A stretch of DNA of 36,833 bases from Trueperaceae bacterium (GTDB lineage Bacteria > Deinococcota > Deinococci > Deinococcales > Trueperaceae), in the NCBI GenBank assembly GCA_035703635.1, contig DASSXV010000009.1:1-36833 (forward strand). The letters are read 5' to 3'. Under the pieces are notes generated by a model. It was not told the origin of the DNA, did not search any database, and saw only the letters and a list, made by a program, of their open reading frames with translations. Positions 27,459 through 34,872 of the stretch are shown here, in pieces. A program made the translations under genes and the position numbers. Each line of letters begins with the position of its first letter. The first letter of the stretch is position 1.

Positions 27459-28364
27459 CTAGGCGCGGCTCGCGGCAGCGCTGCGGAGCCTGCGCATGAC
27501 GGCGAGGGTGAGGCGCGCATCGTCGAGGCTGGTGTGGGACTGCTCGCCTACGAGCACGCCCTCGATGAGGGCTGCGCGCTGCAGCCTCAGCGACCCGCTG
27601 ACGCTGCGCACGGCCGAGTAGGCGCGCATGGCGCACTCGAACCCCGTCAGCTCCGACCTTAGCCGCCACTGGCGCGAAGTTTGCGCGAGCATGCGTTCGT
27701 CGAACGGGGCGTTCCATGCGAACACGCGGCGGCCGCCTAGCAGCCCCTCGAGTTCCGCGCTGACGTCTGGCCACGTTGGGGCGCCGCGCAGGTCAGCGAG
27801 GGTGTAACCGTGGATGCGCGTGGCGGCGGCCGGCACGTGGCCGGAGCGCGGGTACACCTTGCTCTCGAGCAGCACCTCGCCGCTCGAGTCGAGCACGCCG
27901 ATCTCGATCACCTCGTCGCGGGTCGTAAGGCCCGTCGTTTCCGTGTCGAGCACGACGAAGCCTTCGCGGAACAGTTCGTCTAGCCAGCGTTGCGGGTCCT
28001 GCTGGCGACTAGCGCTGCCCCTCCCGCTGTCGCGATCCGGTCGGTCCTTGACTGGGATGTGCGAGCCGCGGCGCTCGGGTCTAACTGGCCTGGCGTCACC
28101 GTGCGCGTCGTCCGCTGCGCCTTGGCGCTGCGGGTGCGAGCCGCGAGGCCAGAGCGCGTCGCGTAACAGCCGCGCCTCGCTCGTGCTGAAGAGGGGCTCG
28201 AGCTCCCCGTTGCGCTGCAGGAACGCCTGCACCTCACCGAGGCGGGTAAGGGAGTTGGCCGTGAGTTCCGCGCGGGTTCGTAGGTCGCGCGGCGCAAGCC
28301 CGCGCTCCTCGTACACCGTGAGTCGCCCCTCGTCAGATTGGTTGTGACCGTCCTCGCCTTGCAT
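27459..28364 (-). CDS. DEDDh 3'-5' exonuclease (DnaQ-like) with an N-terminal extension
   Basis: ExoI VVLDTETTG, IHG, ExoII WNAPFD and ExoIII HTSLDD; about 130 extra N-terminal residues. Confidence 0.85.
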   Translation of the reverse strand: MQGEDGHNQSDEGRLTVYEERGLAPRDLRTRAELTANSLTRLGEVQAFLQRNGELEPLFSTSEARLLRDALWPRGSHPQRQGAADDAHGDARPVRPERRGSHIPVKDRPDRDSGRGSASRQQDPQRWLDELFREGFVVLDTETTGLTTRDEVIEIGVLDSSGEVLLESKVYPRSGHVPAAATRIHGYTLADLRGAPTWPDVSAELEGLLGGRRVFAWNAPFDERMLAQTSRQWRLRSELTGFECAMRAYSAVRSVSGSLRLQRAALIEGVLVGEQSHTSLDDARLTLAVMRRLRSAAASRA

Positions 28365-28389
28365 GCCGCGTGCAGTCTACCCGCGAGCG

Positions 28390-28965
28390 TCAGTCGAGGT
28401 AGGCGCTCCATGTGACGCCGGTGACGACCCCGCCTGACGTCACCAGGTCGACCTGGTAGGGCGCCGCCAAGGGGTCGGTGGTGACCGAATAGCTAGCGCT
28501 TGCGCCCGGCGCCGCAGGCAACTTGCTGGCGCCGCCAAGGTAGGACTGCGCTGCCGCCGCGCTCATGCCGACGGTCATGCCGTGCAGGGGAGCGGCTCCG
28601 CTCGTCATCTCGACGCCGATGAGGAGCGGTGAGGCGCCAAGCGCCTGGTAGGTCGTCACGCTGAGGCCGTCGTATTCGCTGACAGTCACGTCTGCGGCGC
28701 CGCCGTGGTGGCTGAGCACGCGCCGCGTCGAGCTCGAGGCGGGGCGGGGGAGTCGCGCCAACGCCGCGGCCGCGCTGTCTGGTCCCGCCGGGCTTAGCAT
28801 GACGCTCAATAGCTCATCTGCGTTCGGGCGCGCTGCAGTGACTTGACCAGCTGGTGTGGTCGGCTGGCCGTCAGCGCCGCCGCATGCAACCAAGGTTGAG
28901 ATCAGGGCCAGCCCGATTGCGGCGGTCGCCAAGCGCGATGACCTTGTTATGCCTAGCAGCTTCAT
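28390..28965 (-). CDS. Hypothetical lipoprotein
   Basis: Basic N-terminus, hydrophobic core and lipobox LVA-C; TAGCGT lies 6 nt before the ATG. Confidence 0.7.
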   Translation of the reverse strand: MKLLGITRSSRLATAAIGLALISTLVACGGADGQPTTPAGQVTAARPNADELLSVMLSPAGPDSAAAALARLPRPASSSTRRVLSHHGGAADVTVSEYDGLSVTTYQALGASPLLIGVEMTSGAAPLHGMTVGMSAAAAQSYLGGASKLPAAPGASASYSVTTDPLAAPYQVDLVTSGGVVTGVTWSAYLD

Positions 28966-29133
28966 GACCCCACGCTAACGGCCGCTACAGGAGGGAGTAG
29001 TGACAGGTGCGTTAGCCAAGGCAGTGGCTAGCATTCATCTTCCTCTCATGAACTGGTGGCCTCCACCTTCCCACCTAGGTGCCTCCCCGGCTCGGAACCC
29101 CTAAGATGGCCGGAAACTCTCTGGAGGTGGGCG

Positions 29134-29583
29134 ATGCAAGTGAGACGCACCGTTAGCCAACTGCTCAATGACAAAGGCTCGTCGGTTTTGTCAGTAGCGC
29201 CGGACGCGACCGTGTTCGCCGCATTGGGCCTCATGGCGGACAAGAACGTCGGGGCGCTCGTCGTGATGGAAGACGACCGCCTCGTCGGCATCTTCTCCGA
29301 GCGCGACTACGCCCGCAAGGTCATCTTGCAGGGCCACGCCTCCAAGAGCCTGGCCGTGCGGGACATCATGACGGCGGCCGTGATAACGGTGGGGCCGGAC
29401 CAGGTCCTGCAGGACTGCATGGAGCTGATGACCAAGCACCGCGTCAGGCACCTGCCCGTGGTCGGCGCCGCTGGGCGCGTCATCGGCGTCGTCTCGATCG
29501 GCGACGTCGTCAAGGCCGTCATGTCGGAACAGGCATTCCTCATCGAGCAGCTGCAGTCGTACATCCAGGGCAGCCTCGGTTGA
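29134..29583 (+). CDS. CBS domain-pair protein
   Basis: ATG 29134 after GGAGGT; NVGALVV...LVGIFSERD and RHLPVV...GVVSIGD. Confidence 0.92.
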   Translation: MQVRRTVSQLLNDKGSSVLSVAPDATVFAALGLMADKNVGALVVMEDDRLVGIFSERDYARKVILQGHASKSLAVRDIMTAAVITVGPDQVLQDCMELMTKHRVRHLPVVGAAGRVIGVVSIGDVVKAVMSEQAFLIEQLQSYIQGSLG

Positions 29584-29626
29584 TCCGGGGGTAGGCACCG
29601 CAGCGGCGACTTACGCAAGTAATCAC

Positions 29627-29655
29627 TTGGATAAGGGTCGTTAACGTGCTAACGT
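29627..29655 (+). promoter_or_regulatory. Sigma-70-type promoter of the oxidoreductase-Crp operon
   Basis: TTGGAT (29627-29632), 17-bp spacer, TAACGT (29650-29655) with an extended TG. Confidence 0.55.
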
Positions 29656-29671
29656 CGGCGTAGGTGAGACC

Positions 29672-30898
29672 GTGACCTATCGCTACGTAATCATCGGTGG
29701 CGGCATGACCGCCGACGCTGCTGCCAAGGCCATCCGCAAGGTTGACCCGGACGGCGCACTCCTCTTAGTCAGCGACGAACTCGTCGCGCCTTACAAGCGG
29801 CCGCCGCTCTCCAAAGGCATGTGGCGAGGTGACGACGAGGTCAAGCTAGACCTGCGCACCGCCGCTGTCGGCGGAGAACTGCGCCTCGGCAGGCGGGCCA
29901 CCGAGATCGACCTCGCCAACAGGCAGGTGCAGCTGGATGATGGTCACACTGTCGGCTATGAACGCCTCCTGCTGGCAACGGGCGCGCGTGCGCGTGAGTT
30001 GCCCGGCGTGCCGAGCGGCGGCCCTGTCGTCGCCTACCGCCACCTCGCCGACTACCACACCGCGAGGGCGCATGCTGGGCCGGGCAGGACTGCCGTCGTG
30101 GTCGGTGGCGGCTTCATCGGCTCCGAGATGTCTGCCGCGCTCACGCTCGCCGGTGGCAACGTCCACATGGTGTTCCCAGAAGCAGAGCTCGGTGCTGGGC
30201 GCCTGCCACCGGAGGTGGCGCGGTTGGTCGGCGCCAACTACCGTTCTCGGGGCGTAGCGCTTCACCCTGGCCGCAGAGTGGCGGCAGCCACGGTCAAAGG
30301 TGACGAGGTCACCATCATTCTCGATGACGGCGTCAGCCTTGCCGCCGATCTGCTCATCGTCGGCATCGGCGCCCTGCCTAACGACGAGCTCGCACGCGCT
30401 GCCGGGCTGAAAGTCGATAACGGCGTGTGGGTCGATGACCACCTCCGCGCGTCGCTCGCCTCGGGAGCGCCGTTCGCGTCCGGTGACCTTGGGGTGTACG
30501 CGGCAGGCGACGTCGCGAACTTCGAGTTCCCCGGCCTCGGCAAGCGCATGCGCATCGAGCACGAGGACAACGCCTACCAGATGGGGGCGGGCGCCGGGCG
30601 CCAGCTTGTCGCGTCCTTGGGCTTGGCACCGGACGAGCCATACACTCACCTGCCGTTCTTCTACTCGGATCTGTTCGACGACGGCTACGAGGCCGTCGGC
30701 CTGCTCGACTCGCGCCTCGAGGTCGTCGCCGATTGGTCTGAGCCGGGCACAGCCGGCGTCTTCTACTACATGGACGCCGGCTTGGTGCGCGGCGTGCTCC
30801 TGTGGAACACCTGGGGCCAGGTGGACGCCGCTCGTGAACTCATCTTGGCGGGCGAGAGGCTCACGGCCGCCCAGCTCAAGGGGAGGTTGCCACGATGA
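29672..30898 (+). CDS. FAD/NAD(P)-dependent oxidoreductase (ferredoxin-reductase/monodehydroascorbate-reductase-like)
   Basis: IIGGGMTA, YKRPPLSK, LLLATG, VVGGGFIGSE, YAAGDVA, RIEH and PFFYSD. Confidence 0.9.
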   Translation: MTYRYVIIGGGMTADAAAKAIRKVDPDGALLLVSDELVAPYKRPPLSKGMWRGDDEVKLDLRTAAVGGELRLGRRATEIDLANRQVQLDDGHTVGYERLLLATGARARELPGVPSGGPVVAYRHLADYHTARAHAGPGRTAVVVGGGFIGSEMSAALTLAGGNVHMVFPEAELGAGRLPPEVARLVGANYRSRGVALHPGRRVAAATVKGDEVTIILDDGVSLAADLLIVGIGALPNDELARAAGLKVDNGVWVDDHLRASLASGAPFASGDLGVYAAGDVANFEFPGLGKRMRIEHEDNAYQMGAGAGRQLVASLGLAPDEPYTHLPFFYSDLFDDGYEAVGLLDSRLEVVADWSEPGTAGVFYYMDAGLVRGVLLWNTWGQVDAARELILAGERLTAAQLKGRLPR

Positions 30899-31626
30899 TC
30901 GGTACCTTTGGTGGGGCAGCAGCGACCACCGAACGCTCGACAGGGGCGGTCCATGCCCGGCTAACCAATGCGGCCAGAGCACCTGGCATCGTCACGTGTA
31001 CGGTACGGCGCTTGGACCGCGGCGAGACGCTCTACGCAGAGGGCGACGCCGCACCGAACGCATACCTCCTGCTAGAGGGCGTGTTGAGGGTCCTTGCGCC
31101 CACCGCGACGGGTAAGACGCGCTTAGCGGATTTCGCGGGGCCAGGCGACTTGGTGGCAACGGCCGTCTTCGAGGGCCTCCCGCACGGCGAAACGGTCGTG
31201 GCCGCGGACTCCGCCAAGGTAGCGCAGGTCGACTTGAGCGCCACCCTCGGGCGACCAGCCGGCCGCTTGGGGGTTGGCGCTGCGCTCGTCACGCAACTCA
31301 ACCGCAGCCGCGAGCTAGCCGACGACCTCGGCTTGCCGATGGGTGCGCGCATCTGCCGTATCCTCGCCCGCTTGGCGCGGCGACTCGGTCGTGACTGCGA
31401 TGGGCCCCAGCTGACCGGCGGGGTCGACCAAGGCTGGCGCCGCCTGCCGTTCAGCCTCACGCACGACGACGTCGCCCTCATGGCCGGCTGCGCGAGGGTC
31501 ACGGCGACGCGCGTTTTAGGTGAGCTCAAGGCGTCCGGTGCGCTCATCGGCCACCGCGGTGATTACGCACTGGTTCCGAGCGCGCTCGACGCCGCAGCGG
31601 ACGAGTACGTTTACGAGTCGATCTAG
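30895..31626 (+). CDS. Crp/Fnr family transcriptional regulator
   Basis: cNMP-like domain (RGETLYAEGD..YLLLEG..GPGDL) and HTH LTHDDVALMAGCARVTATRVLGEL; ATGA overlap with the oxidoreductase. Confidence 0.85.
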   Translation: MIGTFGGAAATTERSTGAVHARLTNAARAPGIVTCTVRRLDRGETLYAEGDAAPNAYLLLEGVLRVLAPTATGKTRLADFAGPGDLVATAVFEGLPHGETVVAADSAKVAQVDLSATLGRPAGRLGVGAALVTQLNRSRELADDLGLPMGARICRILARLARRLGRDCDGPQLTGGVDQGWRRLPFSLTHDDVALMAGCARVTATRVLGELKASGALIGHRGDYALVPSALDAAADEYVYESI

Positions 31627-31665
31627 GCAGAAAACTCGCATGAGACGTAATTCGCAGCCCCATAG

Positions 31666-31797
31666 GGGGCGGTGAGCCTAGCATCGTCGTAGAGAGGAGG
31701 GGGTGGCGATTCCCAAGCGGCTCGATCCCGCCGAGGGAACTCCCATCGGGTCGTTGCGACGCCCTCCTCTCACCCCTTGGCATCTTTCAGCCGCCCC
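31666..31797 (+). ncRNA. Candidate structured RNA or 5' leader upstream of hup
   Basis: Nested pairing GGGGCGG/CCGCCCC, GAGAGGAGGG/CCCTCCTCTC, TGGCGA/TCGTTG (G-U pairs work only on +) and TTCCC/GGGAA. Confidence 0.35.
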
Positions 31798-31869
31798 GCG
31801 CTGCGCTCGCCTCGCCGCAAGCGGACAGATTCGACACATGGCGGCGCTTGGCGTGGTAGAAATTAGCGC

Positions 31870-32163
31870 ATGAACAAGAAAGAACTGGCTGAGAAGTTGG
31901 CTACCAAGACGGGCCTGAGCACCAACAAGGCCAAGGAAGTCGTTGACACGATCTTCTCCACGGCGGACGGCAAGGGCATCATCGCCATCGAGCTCGATGC
32001 TGGCCGCAAGGTCCAGATCACCGGCTTCGGCACTTTCGAGACCCGCCGTCGCGGGCCCCGCAAGGGCGTCAACCCCGGCACCGGCGCAGAGATCACCATT
32101 CCAGCCCGCAAGTACGCCGCCTTCAGGGCAGGCAAGGGCCTCAAGGACCGCGTAGAAGAGTAA
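31870..32163 (+). CDS. hup: DNA-binding protein HU
   Basis: MNKKEL, VQITGFGTF, GVNPGTG..ITIP and FRAGKGLKDRV. Confidence 0.95.
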   Translation: MNKKELAEKLATKTGLSTNKAKEVVDTIFSTADGKGIIAIELDAGRKVQITGFGTFETRRRGPRKGVNPGTGAEITIPARKYAAFRAGKGLKDRVEE

Positions 32164-32210
32164 GCCGCGCCTTTCGCGGACTCGTCGCCTAAGCGTACGG
32201 TCCGGCCATC

Positions 32211-32248
32211 AAGCAGCCCAATGCGCCGTCCGGCACGTTGGGCTGCTT
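32211..32248 (+). terminator. Hairpin terminator downstream of hup
   Basis: 11-bp outer stem AAGCAGCCCAA/TTGGGCTGCTT plus a 6-bp imperfect inner stem and a GTCC loop. Confidence 0.65.
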
Positions 32249-32514
32249 CGTAGTCCCCGCACGTCAGCGGCTCCGGCCGCGGCCCCCACGGCGGGCCGCG
32301 CAGAATGCGGCAGAGACAGGACAAGCGACCCTCGTAACCGCCGCCCGCCCGCCTTACGCTGGCCATAAGCGGAGGGCGCCACTGCGGCGCGGCACCATTG
32401 CACGCGTGAACGCGCCATGCTCCCGCCCGCAAGGTGTCGGTGTTCGAGTGGCGCCTTCTCGCTTGATCGCCAACTTTTCGCTAAGGGGGGCTCAAGGGGC
32501 GCTCATGTTGTCCG

Positions 32515-32523
32515 TGATAAACT
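32515..32523 (+). promoter_or_regulatory. Orphan extended -10 element
   Basis: TG-a-TAAACT with no credible + strand CDS downstream. Confidence 0.45.
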
Positions 32524-32530
32524 CCCACAC

Positions 32531-32607
32531 GGCCCCGCCGACGGCGTAGCCACAGCGTTCTTTCGTGCGCCCCAACCGGCCCCCCACGGTTGGGGCGCTT
32601 CCCTCTT
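32531..32607 (+). ncRNA. Candidate ~77-nt small RNA
   Basis: Begins 7 nt after the TGnTAAACT element; short 5' hairpin CGCC-gac-GGCG, a single-stranded stretch, then a 12-bp hairpin with a pyrimidine tail. Confidence 0.4.
32567..32607 (+). terminator. Intrinsic terminator (+ polarity; may also serve the convergent tetR)
   Basis: GCGCCCCAACCG-gcccccca-CGGTTGGGGCGC followed by TTCCCTCTT. Confidence 0.65.
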
Positions 32608-32615
32608 ACGAACGC

Positions 32616-33188
32616 TCAACTGCCGCCTTGCGGCATTCCCAACACGGCAGCTGCCGCCGCGCGCGCCTCGGTCGCCGCAGCGGCCGACCCCTGCACCAGC
32701 GCCGTGACGGTGGCGCCCTCCAACAGCAACTGCAGCTGCGCAGCCACATTGGCTGGCAGGCCGGCCTGTTCGGCCCGCTCAGCGAAGAACTCCCTGACAG
32801 CGGTGATGTGATCCCGGGCGTACGGGATGGCAGGGTTGAACTGCCCGCCAAGCTCGAAGCTGGCAGCGACGAGCGGACAGCCTCGAAAGTCGGGCGTTTG
32901 CACCCAAGACTCCAGCAAGTCGAACACAGCGAGCATGCGCCCGCGTGGCGTAGAGGCAAGCTCGTCCGCCCGGGCAAGCCAGGCGGCGCGTTCGGCTCTG
33001 CGGGCCTCGAGCACCGCCTTCACGAGCGCGTCCTTTGACGGAAAGTGGTGGTAGAGCGTCATCCGCGCCACGCCTGCGCGCGCGATGATCTCGTTGATGC
33101 CAACGTTAGATACCCCGCGCGCGTAGAACAGGCGTGCGGCAGTGTCTAGGAGGCGTTCCGCCGCACCCGGCGTGCTGGAATCGGTCAT
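32616..33188 (-). CDS. TetR/AcrR family transcriptional regulator
   Basis: HTH LFYARGVSNVGINEIIARAGVARMTLYHHFPSKDAL and a C-terminal FRGCP motif. Confidence 0.93.
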   Translation of the reverse strand: MTDSSTPGAAERLLDTAARLFYARGVSNVGINEIIARAGVARMTLYHHFPSKDALVKAVLEARRAERAAWLARADELASTPRGRMLAVFDLLESWVQTPDFRGCPLVAASFELGGQFNPAIPYARDHITAVREFFAERAEQAGLPANVAAQLQLLLEGATVTALVQGSAAAATEARAAAAAVLGMPQGGS

Positions 33189-33193
33189 GCCAG

Positions 33194-33199
33194 ATTATA
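33194..33199 (-). promoter_or_regulatory. -10 element of a leaderless tetR promoter
   Basis: Perfect TATAAT on the minus strand, 5 nt before ATG 33188. Confidence 0.7.
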
Positions 33200-33264
33200 C
33201 AGACCGGTACATACAAGAACCGGGTCCTGACTCACCATCTAGCGCTGCGGTTCGCGGGCGCCAG

Positions 33265-34023
33265 CTACTCCCTGAACTCCTCGAGGCGCTTGCCAACGGC
33301 CGCCCCTAGCACCGAATAGTCGACGGTCACGGTCACGAACTGGAAGCCGCGCGCTGCGGCGGCGCGTGCGAACGGGACACTTCCGGTGTGGATCCCAGCG
33401 ACCTTGCCGCTAGCCAAGCTGGCCTGAAGGATGCGCTCGACAGCGGCCATCTGACGTTCGTCGCTCGAGTCGATGCTTGGCGGGGCTCCGACGGCATAGC
33501 TCAGGTCTGCAGGCCCAACATACAGACCAGTCAGTCCGGGCACTTTGGCGATGCTGTCGAGGTTCTCGAGCCCGAGCGCGGTCTCGACCATGGCGAAGAC
33601 CGCCACTTCATCGTTCGCCCTTGTGTGTTGGTCGGCGCCGTAGGCCAGCGCCGCCCGCAGCGGCCCGTACGACCTGCGCCCAGCTGGTGGATAGCGGACG
33701 GAGGCAACAGCAGAGCGCGCTTCCTCTGCCGATTCGACCATCGGTACGATGACCCCAGCGGCGCCAAGGTCGAGGGCGCGCATGATCTGAGCGGGGTCGT
33801 TGGTTGGCACGCGCACGAACGGCACTGCCGTCGTGCCGCTCACAGATTGCAGGAGGCGCGGTAGGTCGGCAAGCGACGCTGCGCCGTGCTGCAGGTCGAA
33901 CGTCACGCTGTCGTAACCGCGCCGTGCGATCACCTCGGCCGACATGCTGTCGCCGAGGCCGAGCCAGGCGTTCGCCGTCGCCTTACCCGAGCGCCAGGCA
34001 GTGTGTAACGGGTTGATGGTCAT
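33265..34023 (-). CDS. HpcH/HpaI (GarL-like) class II aldolase
   Basis: FDLQHG, VRVP, ALDLGAAGVIVPMV, RYPPAGRRSYG, MVET and YVGPADL. Start ATG 34023 has TATCAT 5 nt upstream. Confidence 0.9.
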   Translation of the reverse strand: MTINPLHTAWRSGKATANAWLGLGDSMSAEVIARRGYDSVTFDLQHGAASLADLPRLLQSVSGTTAVPFVRVPTNDPAQIMRALDLGAAGVIVPMVESAEEARSAVASVRYPPAGRRSYGPLRAALAYGADQHTRANDEVAVFAMVETALGLENLDSIAKVPGLTGLYVGPADLSYAVGAPPSIDSSDERQMAAVERILQASLASGKVAGIHTGSVPFARAAAARGFQFVTVTVDYSVLGAAVGKRLEEFRE

Positions 34024-34089
34024 GGTCGATGATACGGCGTTCAGGGAACTCTCACCGCACCTGGGCGCGCAGGAGTGCATGCTGAGGGC

Positions 34090-34869
34090 ATGGCAACTAA
34101 GCATGCTCTCGGGAGGACGGCGGGCACGGCCGCCAGCGGCGTGATCGTCGCTGCGCTGCTCATCGGCGCCGCGTTGGTCGGGGCGAGTTACGTCGCAGTG
34201 AAGGGCTTCGAGTACGTCAAGACGTACGACTCCTCGCGGTTGGACGTAACTGGCTCGTCCGACCGCGTCGTCACTTCCGATCAGGTCAAGTGGATGGCGG
34301 CGTTCGCGCGGCGCGTGGATGCCACTGGCCTCAGCCAGGGCTACAGGCTCATGAGCAGCGACCTGGAGAGCGTACTAGGAGTCTTGGCGCCCCTAGGCTT
34401 CACGCGCGACGACCTGACCATCCAGCCCGTCGCCGTCAGCCCCGTCTACCGCCAGTGCTACAACGCCACCGCCGACTGCGTTGCCGACGTGGTCGGGTAC
34501 GAACTCAACCAGTACTTCACCCTGTCGTCCGGAGAGGTCGACAAGGTCACGGCCGCCGCTCAGAACGCCCAACCGTTCGTAGACGCCGGGCTCTCTTACC
34601 AGACCGTGTCGCTCGAGTACTACTACTCCGGGCTGGCAGCAGTGCGACCACAGCTCCTTGCGGAGGCCATCAAGGACGCTCAAGCACGGGCAGAGGCCGT
34701 GGCGTCGGCCACCGGCGTGAGCGTCGGGCAACTGCGGTCAGCCGACAGCGGCGTGTTCCAAGTGACGCAGCTCAACTCGACCGACGTCTCGGCCTACGGC
34801 ATGTACGACACGACGACCATCGAGAAACGCATCACGGCCGTCGTGCACGCTAGCTTCGCATTGCGCTGA
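34090..34869 (+). CDS. SIMPL (DUF541) domain protein, membrane-anchored/periplasmic
   Basis: N-terminal TM; LDVTGSSDRVVTSD, AEAIKDAQARAEAVA...GQLRSA..GVFQ and KRITAVVHASF. Confidence 0.85.
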   Translation: MATKHALGRTAGTAASGVIVAALLIGAALVGASYVAVKGFEYVKTYDSSRLDVTGSSDRVVTSDQVKWMAAFARRVDATGLSQGYRLMSSDLESVLGVLAPLGFTRDDLTIQPVAVSPVYRQCYNATADCVADVVGYELNQYFTLSSGEVDKVTAAAQNAQPFVDAGLSYQTVSLEYYYSGLAAVRPQLLAEAIKDAQARAEAVASATGVSVGQLRSADSGVFQVTQLNSTDVSAYGMYDTTTIEKRITAVVHASFALR

Positions 34870-34872
34870 GCG

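Noticed and set aside
27438-27461. Stop-codon read-through fusing the exonuclease to DinB (same frame, 21-bp gap)
   Set aside because: A second in-frame stop (TAA) lies in the gap: gcc gcg cgc TAA cct gga gcc.
30895-31626. Naming the Crp/Fnr gene ddrI, sdrP or ntcA
   Set aside because: Only family-level similarity is visible; orthology cannot be established without a search.
32436-32456. GTTCGAG as a tRNA T-loop
   Set aside because: The flanks CGGTG and GGCGC do not pair, and no cloverleaf or acceptor stem forms.
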